A stretch of 64,000 bases of DNA, from the NCBI RefSeq assembly GCF_001194135.2, contig NC_068982.1:159173821-159237820 (forward strand), given 5' to 3'. Below, one piece after another: positions 13,758 to 27,690 of the stretch. The notes under the pieces were generated by a model. It worked only from the letters and a program-made list of their open reading frames with translations. It searched no databases and was not told the origin of the DNA. The translations under genes and the position numbers were made by a program. How positions within the stretch are numbered: the stretch's first letter is position 1; each line of letters starts with the position of its first letter. Source of the DNA: Octopus bimaculoides (Eukaryota).

Positions 13758-13932
13758 GGTAGCGAGCTGGCGGAAACGTTGGCAAGCCGGGTGAAATGCT
13801 TAGCGGTATTTCTTTTGTCTTTAAGTTGTGAGTTCAAATTCCGCCGAGGTCGACTTTGCCTTTCATCCTTTCGGTATCGATAAATTAATTACCAGTTGCG
13901 TAACTGGCTCCCTCCTCCAAAATTTCGGGCCA
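13758..13932 (+). mobile_element. tRNA-derived SINE, family A
   Basis: gcgagctggcggaaacgttggcaagccgggtgaaatgcttagcggtattt...gagttcaaattccgccgaggtcgactttgcctttcatcctttcgg; well-preserved Pol III A/B-box-like head. Confidence 0.9.
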
Positions 13933-13940
13933 TCTGTATA

Positions 13941-14741
13941 TTTTATACTGTGTTTGTCGACTGGTTTCGCTTTCGCTAATCATGACATTAAAAATTATTT
14001 CAATACGTATTTTCTTAAGAAAAAATTGCGTTGTTCATATTGGTCGAGCCTATGAATGAATGATTCAACAAGTCAAAAAATCTAAGGTGAGGTAACTGGT
14101 AATCGTTATAATTGTATACACGGGAGATAATTTTTCATCTTTCGGTGTGGACCAAAAATGTATATTTACACGAAAATTCAAAGACTACAGTAGTGGGGAG
14201 AAATATGTAGGCATGAGCTAAAACGGAGGTGTCGTTTCGAGTTCATTGGTTTATGATAGATATTAGTTATAATTTAGTTATAATATTAAGAAATGGGAGC
14301 TGTTCTTTGCTATATTCCATTGGGAATTGAATGTTACGGTTTACATAATTTAGTATTGATTTGAATTCCAAAAGTTTGCCAATGGTCTCCTTCCAAATGA
14401 TAAAAGAATTATCCAGGAATCTTTTCCAGTTTTCTCTTATATAATGGTGAAACAGTTAACCATGTTTTTGAAGTGAAACTTCATATATGGAGAATTCAAA
14501 ATAATAAATCATCAGGTACGCAGGAACAGGGGCTGCTTTCGTTCCCATCACAATTTCGCATTTTTGACGATAGTAGGTGTCATCAAATACGAAATAATTG
14601 TTCTGAAGCATACATCTTAAAGATTCAATAAAAATCTGATTTATGCGGTCCGAACGTACTTTCTTAAAAAAATACGTATCTAAATAAATTGTAATCTCAT
14701 GATTAGCGAAAGCGAAACCAGTGGACAAGCACAATGAAAAA
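13941..14741. repeat. Inverted repeat pair of about 80 bp (13941-14021 and 14661-14741)
   Basis: Left arm tgtgtttgtcgactggtttcgctttcgctaatcatgacattaaaaattatttcaatacgtattttcttaagaaa matches the reverse complement of the right arm, with an identical core actggtttcgctttcgctaatcatga. Confidence 0.88.
14285..14652 (-). mobile_element. Penelope-like element reverse transcriptase fragment
   Basis: FIESLRCMLQNNYFVFDDTYYRQKCEIVMGTKAAP...YIRENWKRFLDNSFIIW...NIQFPMEYSKEQLPFL corresponds to the PLE RT motifs GxxMG, RFLDD and IxFTxE...LPFLD. Confidence 0.92.
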
Positions 14742-14868
14742 GATATTAAAAGATATATGAAAACTATATAAAGTGTGTGCATTTTCGTTCTTTAATTTTT
14801 TTATATATATTACAATTCACCACGTCGTTATAATCAAAATTCTTCCATTTCTGCAACTATACATATAT

Positions 14869-14902
<34 letters not shown>

Positions 14903-15250
14903 NNNNNNNNNNNNNNNNNNNNNNNNNNNNNNNNNNNNNNNNNNNNNNNNNNNNNNNNNNNNNNNNNNNNNNNNNNNNNNNNNNNNNNNNNNNNNNNNNN
15001 NNNNNNNNNNNNNNNNNNNNNNNNNNNNNNNNNNNNNNNNNNNNNNNNNNNNNNNNNNNNNNNNNNNNNNNNNNNNNNNNNNNNNNNNNNNNNNNNNNNN
15101 NNNNNNNNNNNNNNNNNNNNNNNNNNNNNNNNNNNNNNNNNNNNNNNNNNNNNNNNNNNNNNNNNNNNNNNNNNNNNNNNNNNNNNNNNNNNNNNNNNNN
15201 NNNNNNNNNNNNNNNNNNNNNNNNNNNNNNNNNNNNNNNNNNNNNNNNNN

Positions 15251-15286
<36 letters not shown>

Positions 15287-16513
15287 TGTGTGTGTCTGTC
15301 TGTCTGTCTGTGTCTGTGTGTGTTTGTGTCGTGTGTGTGCATATATATATAACCATACATATATTATGCATTTAAATATATGTATATATTCATATATATA
15401 TATATAAATATATATATTCCCGCGTGTGTGCATTTCTGTGTGAGTGTGTGTGTATAGATAGATAAAGAGCGAGTGAGTGTGAGTGAATAGATAGATAGAT
15501 TGCTGTATGTATATATGTATATATGATGGTCTTCTGCTATGTATCAGTCACAAATTATTAGTCACTATATGCTTATGCTCAGTGACATTTCCCTGATGTG
15601 ACGTGATGCAGAACGAAATCCCAAAAGGTTTGCTTGCAAAGTGAATTTCTGATGCAACTATGTATTCTATAGACCTCACATTAACTTTATAACAAAACGA
15701 GAATTCATTTTAGAAACAGTTGTCGGCATGTGTGCATCATTTTCATAGCCATTTTATTTATTTATTTACTTTTGTTTTTTTTCAACTCACACTTAAAATA
15801 TTTTTAACGTGACCATTTCTAAACATCTATTTCTAAATTAAGTTCCTGTTGCTTACTACATCGATCTAAGCGATTTCCATACACCCGAAAAATTTAGGGC
15901 CTTATGCCTATAGTACAAAATAATATTTCAAAGCATCGTTGTGTCAGCTTCTCATTTATCTGCAGCCAAAATGTGTTTTTTCATTTTTACGATGGCATTT
16001 ATGAGCATTTGCGTTACTGTTTAGCAATGAGGCTTTCACATTTTTACAAAAGTGCGTATTGCTTTCCATTTGCATGCACACAAATTTAGTTCAACCATCA
16101 AATATGAAATACTCGAAAAATATGATTTCTTCTTATCAGGTATGATCTTGCCTGACGTATACCATATTATTTGGGGAGATACGTAGGTTATGCAGGTCAT
16201 GTTAGAATACAAACATGTGATGCATAAATTGCATGATGCATTATGACACAAACACTAATTACATTCTGTTCTGAAACTTATTTTCACAAATGCTCATTGA
16301 GATATTGTTTATTCCCACTAGAAAATTTATCTTTCTGTTACAATGTAATTCATAAATAATTTAATGATTGAACCTTTATTTTCCGCAACTCTCTTTCCTC
16401 TTTCTTTCTCTCTTTCGCAAACACAAAATTCTCACTCTATCTCCATACATATGTGTCTATGTCTGTGTGTGTGTGTTTATGTATGTAAATACATACATAC
16501 ACACACACACACA

Positions 16514-16564
<51 letters not shown>

Positions 16565-18400
16565 NNNNNNNNNNNNNNNNNNNNNNNNNNNNNNNNNNNN
16601 NNNNNNNNNNNNNNNNNNNNNNNNNNNNNNNNNNNNNNNNNNNNNNNNNNNNNNNNNNNNNNNNNNNNNNNNNNNNNNNNNNNNNNNNNNNNNNNNNNNN
16701 NNNNNNNNNNNNNNNNNNNNNNNNNNNNNNNNNNNNNNNNNNNNNNNNNNNNNNNNNNNNNNNNNNNNNNNNNNNNNNNNNNNNNNNNNNNNNNNNNNNN
16801 NNNNNNNNNNNNNNNNNNNNNNNNNNNNNNNNNNNNNNNNNNNNNNNNNNNNNNNNNNNNNNNNNNNNNNNNNNNNNNNNNNNNNNNNNNNNNNNNNNNN
16901 NNNNNNNNNNNNNNNNNNNNNNNNNNNNNNNNNNNNNNNNNNNNNNNNNNNNNNNNNNNNNNNNNNNNNNNNNNNNNNNNNNNNNNNNNNNNNNNNNNNN
17001 NNNNNNNNNNNNNNNNNNNNNNNNNNNNNNNNNNNNNNNNNNNNNNNNNNNNNNNNNNNNNNNNNNNNNNNNNNNNNNNATATATATATATATATATATA
17101 CACATATATACAATTATATATATATATATTTTTGTTGGATTGAGTGTGTACGTATAATAATCTGAATTGTTATACAGATGTCTATTCGTCTCATTATTTG
17201 GAGGGTCGTTTCGTAATTCTTCAAAGCAAATGTTATATAAGTTCTCATGAGGAGATATTATCATATTGTGAAGGATATTATCTACAATAAGCCCTGGAAA
17301 TAGATAACAGTTCAAAGGTATGATATTGTATAAGTATACATGCTATATCTAAGTTAATTACAAGCTAATGGCTGTACATTTACATTTTGTCCACGTAATA
17401 CATTAAACGTTGTATCCACTCTATAGAGATTAAATTATAAACTACATTTAGGCTGTTATAGAAGTATTATGTGCACTATTCTGTGTGACACGCACGTTGT
17501 TAACCATAGAATTTAAAGGTATATTAGTATGCATTTATTATATTAGAAATAGAAAGAAACTGCGACATTCAACCATGGTTGTTAAGAAATTAATATATCT
17601 GTCTACGTATGTTCCAAATAGTGATCCCAGTTTCCTATAAGTAATTAATTAAACGTTTTTGAATAGTTTATTATGAAATGAGCTTGCAAAATCTTGCAGA
17701 AATATCTTGATTTTCAATGATATACCAAGAAACATGGTCCACGTAACTAGATATAACCAATAAAGCAGCATCAATCGTTAAGTGACCTGTAGGTTGTTTC
17801 AGCTAGCTAATTACTGCTTCGTTAGTGTGGCCTTATTGGTCACATTTGGTACACTCTTAGATAACGAAATTAAGTATAGAGAAATTTGCAAGGGAGATAA
17901 GCAAATTTAATAACCGTAGCCACACTAAATTTTACTAATTAGATTAATTGTTCCCAATAGAGAATGCACACGCATATATATATTTCTCACGAATTAAACT
18001 AAAATGGAAATTGGAGACATACACTTTTCTTTCTTTGAAGTAAGTTATTTCAGCCAATTGTAATAAATCGGTTTCGCAAATGGCTGATTTTGATATATGC
18101 TGTTCTAATGAATGATATCGGGACCTTCCACATGTAAAGTACTTGAAAGAATTCAATTGTTTTAACATTAATTTTCATATAATTTCTAGTTTCGGCAGAA
18201 TACAATAAAGAAAATGAAAATGTAGAAAAGAAGAACATACATAGAACAATAATGCACGCTTTTCGTGTAACAAATGTTTCATACACTGATTGAAACTTCA
18301 TGGAAAGCGTATCACTTTAGGTCACAAGCATGTCTTGAAATACATTGATATATATGTATGTATGTAACTATGCATGTACGTACATTTATATATATACATA

Positions 18401-18442
<42 letters not shown>

Positions 18443-19308
18443 TATANNNNNNNNNNNNNNNNNNNNNNNNNNNNNNNNNNNNNNNNNNNNNNNNNNNNNN
18501 NNNNNNNNNNNNNNNNNNNNNNNNNNNNNNNNNNNNNNNNNNNNNNNNNNNNNNNNNNNNNNNNNNNNNNNNNNNNNNNNNNNNNNNNNNNNNNNNNNNN
18601 NNNNNNNNNNNNNNNNNNNNNNNNNNNNNNNNNNNNNNNNNNNNNNNNNNNNNNNNNNNNNNNNNNNNNNNNNNNNNNNNNNNNNNNNNNNNNNNNNNNN
18701 NNNNNNNNNNNNNNNNNNNNNNNNNNNNNNNNNNNNNNNNNNNNNNNNNNNNNNNNNNNNNNNNNNNNNNNNNNNNNNNNNNNNNNNNNNNNNNNNNNNN
18801 NNNNNNNNNNNNNNNNNNNNNNNNNNNNNNNNNNNNNNNNNNNNNNNNNNNNNNNNNNNNNNNNNNNNNNNNNNNNNNNNNNNNNNNNNNNNNNNNNNNN
18901 NNNNNNNNNNNNNNNNNNNNNNNNNNNNNNNNNNNNNNNNNNNNNNNNNNNNNNNNNNNNNNNNNNNNNNNNNTATATATATATATATATATATATATTT
19001 ATTTAACCACTTACGAATAACATTTGACATGAAACTACGAAACTACTAGCCTTTCTCATCAAAAATTTCGAGGTCCTTCTATACTCTGCAGACATCTTAA
19101 ATTTATGACGAAAGAAAACAGTTATAAGTTATACTTAAACCTACCTACAAACATATACACACACATATACATACATACACACACATATACAACCATGCAC
19201 TCTTACATACATTCACACATACATACAATCATAGATAATGGCGCGCGCGTGTGTATGAGTGTGTATACGTGTGTGTGTGTGTGTGACTGTGTGTGTTTGT
19301 GAGAGAGA

Positions 19309-19342
<34 letters not shown>

Positions 19343-20433
19343 AAAGAGAGAAAGTATGTGTGCACGGGGGTGCATACTTTTATATACGTTATATGATGAA
19401 ATTAATATTTGAATATATACATACTGTTGGCAAGCAGAAAAAGTCTATATTAAGCGGAAAATGAAAGAGAATTCAGCAATCCAGATGATTTAACACGAGT
19501 TTACGGTGTGATGCTAAACTTGGTTGGAATACTTCCAGGAAATTCGGATTGCAGACATGTGATATAAATACATGGTTAGTTGGATTCCTTGGCAATGTTA
19601 AAAGCATTTCCTTCTCTAAAAGGTGAACTTCAATATAGCACACTTTATAGAACGAAATTAGATGCCATCACCAAAATTTAGGTTTCTATGGCTACATTAA
19701 ACATAATGTCAATTACCTAGAGAGAGTAAGCAATGCCAAAATATAGGGTATAAGTTTTGTTGCTGTTTTTACTGTATGTGTGTGTGTGTGTTTTTTTATA
19801 TATAGCATAGTTGGCAAATGTAGAGTTTACTTTATGTTATTCTCTTTCATGCCCAGTGACCTAACAATTTTCAAGATGAAACATAGTTGAGTAGGAAGAA
19901 TATTATTGGTGAAATTCTATACGCATAGACATATACTGTATGCATAAAAGTCTGGCATATAGACGCATGTATAAATAAATGTAATGCGCATACACAGAAA
20001 TGATCGCACTGACAGACACACACACACAAGCATAAAATCACACATATACATATAATTATATACATATATGTGTATATATATGTATATATACATGCATATA
20101 TAAATACATATATACATACATATATATATATACGTATACATATATATGTATATATGTATATATATATATATTCGTACATATGCATACATGTCTATATGAA
20201 TATATATATATATGTATATATATGCATATATGCGTGTATAATTGTGTGTATATATTTCAATAAAAAAGCGAAACACAGCTAGAGATACAGAAAAACTTAC
20301 GCGCGCGCTTGTGTGCAATTCAATATGAAAACCCCAAATAGTTTCGATCGTCGCACCTTATATCCCTACTTGTTTTGAAGTATTGCAACAGATATATGCA
20401 TTTAACAAACCATGTAGCAAACCATATATTTAC

Positions 20434-20869
20434 CTATCAATCTATCACTCAACATATTTATAGTATAATATACATACATTTTTATTGTATACATACATTT
20501 TTATTGTAAATAATTTTAAATTGAACTCTCCTTAAAGATGCTTTAAATTGTGCTTACTGTGGTTCTTAAATGTAAAACAAGAATCGAAGATGTACAAATG
20601 AAATAATTGAAATAAGTCTAATATATCAAATAATAATAATAATGTGCTACATGCCAGAAATCATTTAAAATCCTATCCATCAGAAACCGTAAACGTGAAA
20701 TGAAATACGAAATTTACTAAAAGTTGGGCTCTAAACTATACTAGTTACGATTTCTAACAAATTATTACGCTTCTACTTTAGAGCATATTTGCAAGGGAGT
20801 ACTGGGCGTAATATTATTGAATGAATTACGGCAGAATAGGAGTTATATATATTTACACACACACACACA

Positions 20870-20904
<35 letters not shown>

Positions 20905-22333
20905 CTATATACGTACATATACTTAGATGTGTATGTGTGTATGAATATATATTTATTTATATATATATATATANNNNNNNNNNNNNNNNNNNNNNNNNNN
21001 NNNNNNNNNNNNNNNNNNNNNNNNNNNNNNNNNNNNNNNNNNNNNNNNNNNNNNNNNNNNNNNNNNNNNNNNNNNNNNNNNNNNNNNNNNNNNNNNNNNN
21101 NNNNNNNNNNNNNNNNNNNNNNNNNNNNNNNNNNNNNNNNNNNNNNNNNNNNNNNNNNNNNNNNNNNNNNNNNNNNNNNNNNNNNNNNNNNNNNNNNNNN
21201 NNNNNNNNNNNNNNNNNNNNNNNNNNNNNNNNNNNNNNNNNNNNNNNNNNNNNNNNNNNNNNNNNNNNNNNNNNNNNNNNNNNNNNNNNNNNNNNNNNNN
21301 NNNNNNNNNNNNNNNNNNNNNNNNNNNNNNNNNNNNNNNNNNNNNNNNNNNNNNNNNNNNNNNNNNNNNNNNNNNNNNNNNNNNNNNNNNNNNNNNNNNN
21401 NNNNNNNNNNNNNNNNNNNNNNNNNNNNNNNNNNNNNNNNNNNNNNNNNNNNNNNNNNNNNNNNNNNNNNNNNNNNNNNNNNNNNNNNNNNNNNNNNNNN
21501 NNNNNNNNNNNNNNNNNNNNNNNNNNNNNNNNNNNNNNNNNNNNNNNNNNNNNNNNNNNNNNNNNNNNNNNNNNNNNNNNNNNNNNNNNNNNNNNNNNNN
21601 NNNNNNNNNNNNNNNNNNNNNNNNNNNNNNNNNNNNNNNNNNNNNNNNNNNNNNNNNNNNNNNNNNNNNNNNNNNNNNNNNNNNNNNNNNNNNNNNNNNN
21701 NNNNNNNNNNNNNNNNNNNNNNNNNNNNNNNNNNNNNNNNNNNNNNNNNNNNNNNNNNNNNNNNNNNNNNNNNNNNNNNNNNNNNNNNNNNNNNNNNNNN
21801 NNNNNNNNNNNNNNNNNNNNNNNNNNNNNNNNNNNNNNNNNNNNNNNNNNNNNNNNNNNNNNNNNNNNNNNNNNNNNNNNNNNNNNNNNNNNNNNNNNNN
21901 NNNNNNNNNNNTGTGTGTGTGTGTGTGTGTGTATGTGTGTGTGTGCGTGTATAATTGTGAGTATAAAATTGTCTATCAATCTATCACTCGATATATATAT
22001 ATAATATAAGATACGTTTTAACAGTCTAATTTAGATATAGGTATTGTAGATTTTTAAAATATCTTAAAGTTGCTCTAAATGGAGGTTACTGTGGTTCTTA
22101 ATAGTAAAACATGAATACAAATGAAATCATTAAAGTCTATTATATCTAATAATAAAAAATGTACTCTCTGCTAGAAATCATATAGAATTCTACCCATCAA
22201 AAAACATGAAATGAATTACGAAATTTACCAAAAGTTTCTAAAAAAATTACTATACATCTACTTCAGAGTAAATATGCAGACGATAGAGGGTGTAATATTG
22301 CTGAATAAATTAGAAAAGAATGGGTGTTATATA
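20434..22333 (+). repeat. Diverged tandem duplication of about 400 bp unique sequence (20434-20848 and 21973-22333) either side of a gap
   Basis: Shared blocks ctatcaatctatcactc, ttactgtggttcttaa, tacaaatgaaat, agaaatcat, tgaaatgaa.tacgaaatttac.aaaagtt in the same order. Both are preceded by tgcgtgtataattgtg (near 20231 and 21944). Confidence 0.85.
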
Positions 22334-22666
22334 AACATACAGACATATATATATAAATATATGATTCCTATTATGTTAAACTATCGTATGTCCAAATGTG
22401 GCCAAATTCATTTTTCTTTCAATATTTATTTTTGCATGCAACATCTGGTTCTTTTGGTCAAACTTTCGTATTCCCAGCTGTTTCAGATGCCAAGATATTG
22501 AAAATTGTTACAGTGTAGTATATCGGTGTTGCTATGGAATGGTTAAACTATTTTTCTTTTTTCTCAAAAAGCAGCGCTTTGGATTTACGGCACTTTTGCA
22601 TAATAGTAACGATATATATGTTTGTGTGTGTTTGGCATGTGCGTGTGTGCGTGTAGGTGTGTGTGT

Positions 22667-22732
<66 letters not shown>

Positions 22733-23595
22733 NNNNNNNNNNNNNNNNNNNNNNNNNNNNNNNNNNNNNNNNNNNNNNNNNNNNNNNNNNNNNNNNNNNN
22801 NNNNNNNNNNNNNNNNNNNNNNNNNNNNNNNNNNNNNNNNNNNNNNNNNNNNNNNNNNNNNNNNNNNNNNNNNNNNNNNNNNNNNNNNNNNNNNNNNNNN
22901 NNNNNNNNNNNNNNNNNNNNNNNNNNNNNTATATATATACATATATGTATGTATCAGTATTACTCAGGTGTGTGTATGTAGATATGTATATGTGTGTGTG
23001 TGTTCTTCGTGCAATTTTTTTGTTCGTCAGTTCGTATCTAAACTTTATAATTCTAGTCTGCACAACTCATCCTGCTTAATAGATTTCAAAATTTCTATTT
23101 CCTTTTCTTCGTCATTGTTAGTTAAAATGATGGAGAAAACGAACCAATTTTTTTTTCTTCGCGTTTGAATTCTCTCGTTGAAGTAAGACTAGACTATCCT
23201 CTGAAATTGTTAATGTTTCTCTCTTCTTAATTCACATCGATTTTTGAAGTATTTTAGCGAATATAATCAAACATTTCAACACTTCTGCCACTTATGTTAT
23301 ATAAACTCTTCTTTGTTATTATTGTATATTTTTGGAATTCTGCTTGTTTCTTATATGCCATAGTTCCTAGTTCCGTCTAATACCGGAGTTACTTTTCTAA
23401 AGTTGATGGAGTGGCAGAAAACTTAAAGCGTCGACAGTCTACATTTCAGTATTTAGTTCCGGTCCGAGGGCAAGTCTACTTCTTCACCCTTCGCTGGAAA
23501 AATAAATACTATTGTATCGTAAACTACGAATTCAAAATAGCGGACAAGAAATAGCGTGAACAAAGAGAACAAAAATGAAATAATAAAAGTAAGCA

Positions 23596-24036
23596 GATAC
23601 TTGGCAGTGTGGTTAACAAATGCACTTTGCAGTCACCAGAATTGAGTTTCTGTCATACTGCACGGCATCTTGGGTAAGAATATTCCCTTATAAACTTGGG
23701 ACAATCAATGCATTTTGACAATTGGAAACTGTGTAGAATCCCGTCATGCATGTATGTGTGTCTGTGTGTCTATCTGTGTGTCTCTCAGTCTGTCTATCTG
23801 TCTTTATGTCTGTCTCTGGTAACTGTGTCTGTGTTTGTATATGTGTATATATGTGTGTTTGAGATTGCTTCTGTACTACCGCCTGACAACTGCCCTTGCA
23901 ATCTAGTGATTCTATTAAAAAGATCAACAAAATAATTTGCAGATGTGAAAGAACAAGTACTCGTTTCGATTTATTCGATCAAACCCTGCAGTATTTCACC
24001 ATAGTGGCACTTCAATGACTGAAACAAGTGAAAAGG
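23596..24036 (+). mobile_element. tRNA-derived SINE, family B (degenerate)
   Basis: Colinear with the 43193 copy: gtgtggttaa head, ggcatcttggg, ggaaactg..gaa.cccgtc, internal TG microsatellite, aatgactgaaacaagt tail. Confidence 0.7.
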
Positions 24037-26074
24037 AAACTTAAGTATATAACATTGTTAATTATTGCTTGAGTGCGTTGATGCATGCTGTTTCAGGAAA
24101 ATCGGAAGCAGAATTGTAACCAAGTGAAATGATAGCTGTGGAAACACATTGTGACACATACTTAAACTCCACGACTTTAACAGTGCATGGGAATATATAT
24201 ATTTCCGTTTAGGGTTGATATTTATAGAGATTTTTGTTTTTATACCTGATATCTTTAATTCCATCTTCACTTGCGACGCTTTTTTATACATCATTTATTC
24301 AGATGAATAATGGCAGTAATTTTGATTCTGCAGGTGGATAGAATTAAGAAGTACGTCGGCCGGGTACTTTGAATTTTCGAATATCTTGTTAAATCTCCTC
24401 AGCTCTATCGAGGTGTTCACTACGGTGACATGTTTAAGATGTCCTTATCTCAACATTATCAATAACGTGGATGAATCGTTTCACAGTTTCCATTAACGAC
24501 ATTTTTGTCACAGAGATATGGTTGAATGTTAGCAATGATATCTTGGATGTCTGCAATCTCCAGCTCACATGTGTCTCATTGGAAACAAAGTAACTGCGAA
24601 TGCAACGTAACCTACAATTGTATACAACTGAATTATTGAAACAAACGAAATGTCTGTTATGTAAAACATGCATACGCTTTACAACATGCGCTGTGTTATT
24701 TCAAAAGAAAAATCCCAATGAAATTATATTTTCCGAAATCTAAGCTTTATCACTTCCCTGGATTAATTTCAAAAATATTTCGTAGATAATTCTAATAATT
24801 CACCACGATCTCAACAAGATAAATTTTAGCCTGTTCCATTAAACGGAGAATCGTGTCCAAAACGGATTTTAAGTTGTAATCCTCTTGGAGTTTGACTTTA
24901 ATTTGTTTCAGTTCGACTTACGTTCAAAAGAAATTTTGTCCGAAGCACAAATATCCTTTGTAAATCACTTCATTTAAAGTAGATTACGCAACACGTTCAA
25001 CTTGAAAGTGTAAAATTCGATATATTAAGTGGCACGTATTATAGTTTATTGCAATTCTTCTTGGCGTATTTCCATCTACAATATGGATGACATTACAATA
25101 TCCCTTTCTCAGAGATAGGTTAATGTTAATTATCATTATAACCACGCAAAATTGGCTATTGAATGATAACAATTATTACACACTGGCTTTTGTTATTAAA
25201 ACTTAATAGAGAATAATTACATTGTGATGAAGTAGCATTTACTTAGACTTTACTATTTTTACAATTACTATTATTAAAGCAATTAATATAAATATGCTAA
25301 TCGTTTTTCGTTACATGTGCAGTCAAGATAAGTACGTGCAAATGTAATTGGGAAATTTACTATATTGGTAAAGCAGATAAAGCGTAACTATATCATATCC
25401 TTTACTAAATTCTAAGCCCAACGTCAGAATAACTAAAGAAAGACCATATTCAATGAATATCCCAGAAGTACTATCAAAAGACGACGTTGAAAATATCAAA
25501 TACAGAAACTAAAATCGAATATTTCTGCCATCACTATCTTTGGAACGATCAAGTCTTTCTTTCTATGATATCCAACTAACTTCACGGTTCCATTAATCAA
25601 TATAATCAGATATTGAACTGAACGCATATAAAATTCTGCTATAATCACACACACACACACACACAAAGACGCGCGCATTTATATCGTTATATATATGTGC
25701 AAATAGAGAGAGAGAGAGGGGTGGGAGATAACAAGAATACTTATATCAACATTTCATCATATATAGGATCAATAATTGCATGGGAATAGAACTAACTCCT
25801 GAGAGAGGAATACATTTCAGCATATTATATTTTAACTAATTTTTGAAGACATTATTTTAGAAATTATAGTAAAACACAGTCTTATACAGTTTTATGAAAT
25901 TTAATTTTAAAATATCGATTTATTATAATCTAGGCACCTACACATGCAAATGAATACAAACTTAAGCCGAGAATATAGTCCAATATTTTAAAGTTTTACC
26001 GTATATATATATATATTTATTTATTTATTTATGTGTTTCAGCCAAGTGCCTGCTGTCATGCTGGTGCACCACCG

Positions 26075-26138
<64 letters not shown>

Positions 26139-26202
26139 TGTGCATGTGTGTCCCTGTGTGTCTGTGCGTGTATATATATAGAGAGAATATGCACTCTCAC
26201 TT

Positions 26203-26250
<48 letters not shown>

Positions 26251-26513
26251 GCACGCACATGCACACACTTTCTCTCTCTCGTTCGCCTAAAGCCTTTGAA
26301 AGCGATTGCAAACTTAAGCATGGCCGCAAACAAATGACTGAATCAAGTAAAATACAAGCGATAAAACAGGTCAAATATAGGGACTTATTTTATAAGGCAA
26401 CTGAGTAAGGTCTCTATATTTACATAAGTCATAAAGCTGTCTAAAAATTTCATTGGTGTTTATATTTGCAGTTTCACTCATAGGCTGTCACTGAATAAAC
26501 CCTGATTTTGCAG

Positions 26514-26600
26514 ACTTTGTAGTAATGTGTTATAATGACAAACTCCACTAGAACAAGCAGCCATGAAGAGACTTGCTCGGTGCCTCATATTACTTTTGAG
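26514..26600 (+). CDS. Candidate start-codon exon encoding a signal-peptide-like N-terminus (MKRLARCLILLL-), CDS from 26563
   Basis: Acceptor ttttgcag|, gcagccATG context, basic then hydrophobic residues, donor GAG|GTAAAT (phase 2). Downstream exons unverified. Confidence 0.4.
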
Positions 26601-27513
26601 GTAAATGTTATAGTTGTGATACATGTGTAAATGAATAAGTTTAATAATTTACATTGTTTAAACATATGTACACGTGTTATTTTTCGTGCATATTTCTACT
26701 ATTTCCTTTCCATATCATATACATTATATATGATATATCTAATGTTAAAATATTCGTATTATTAAATTCTAAATTACATATCATTTTTTTAATGCAATAT
26801 CTTTCTGTGAGTTACTATCGATATTAATTATGTTTTAGGTGTGTCTTCAAAATTGTCTTTGAAATGCTTCTACACAAACTTACACACATTACGTTGACAG
26901 TATAATGTCTCAGTGTATAATTTATGGTGATTGATGATCAAATACTTAGAGCGTAATATAAAATATATATAAACCACTACATTTAGCGATTTAAGAGCCC
27001 TGTGTGTATATCATAGATAATCAATTATTGGATGCTGCCTGCTTTTTTTTTTAATATATGTATAGCAAAATAACGTCAACATTCAGCAAATGCAAGAGCC
27101 AGTAACTTCGTGAATACGTATTACGCTTTCAATTATTAAATGTATCTAATATATCGAAATGATCTGACGGATGATAATCATTATCATACTGAAACCAACG
27201 CCAACTTATATAGAGGAAGAGTGTAGTATGGGTTCATACCTAAAGTACAATATATTCACTTGTGTTTTATTATTTTGAGTTATATGCCATGAAATGATCA
27301 ACTAAGGTTTTGTTTTAAGTCTTATAGAGTAAAACAAAGAAAATAAATAAACATCTATCAGCAAATAAAGATCGATCAGCAAACACTCAAACATGCACAC
27401 GCACAAAATACACAGACAGGAATTTATTAATACTAGAAATAGAAAATGTTCTATATACTGTGAGTTGTTAGCTTCTTACTGAGTAAATACTTTTAACAAC
27501 GGACTCAATAAAT

Positions 27514-27690
27514 AGACTAGGCACAAGACCTGAAAGTTGGGTGGAAGTGATTTGTCGACTCCAGTTGTCAACTGATGCTTATTTCATCGACCCCGGAAAC
27601 ATGCTTAAACTACTCGACCGTGGTTACAATTAGCCGGAAGTAATACTGCTAAACATATTGTCCGGCATGCTATTTTTTTGTGACTGCTCG
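27514..27690 (-). mobile_element. SINE family A (degenerate, minus strand)
   Basis: ggcacaagacctgaaa...cttatttcatcgacccc resembles the reverse complement of the family A core and tail. Confidence 0.65.
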
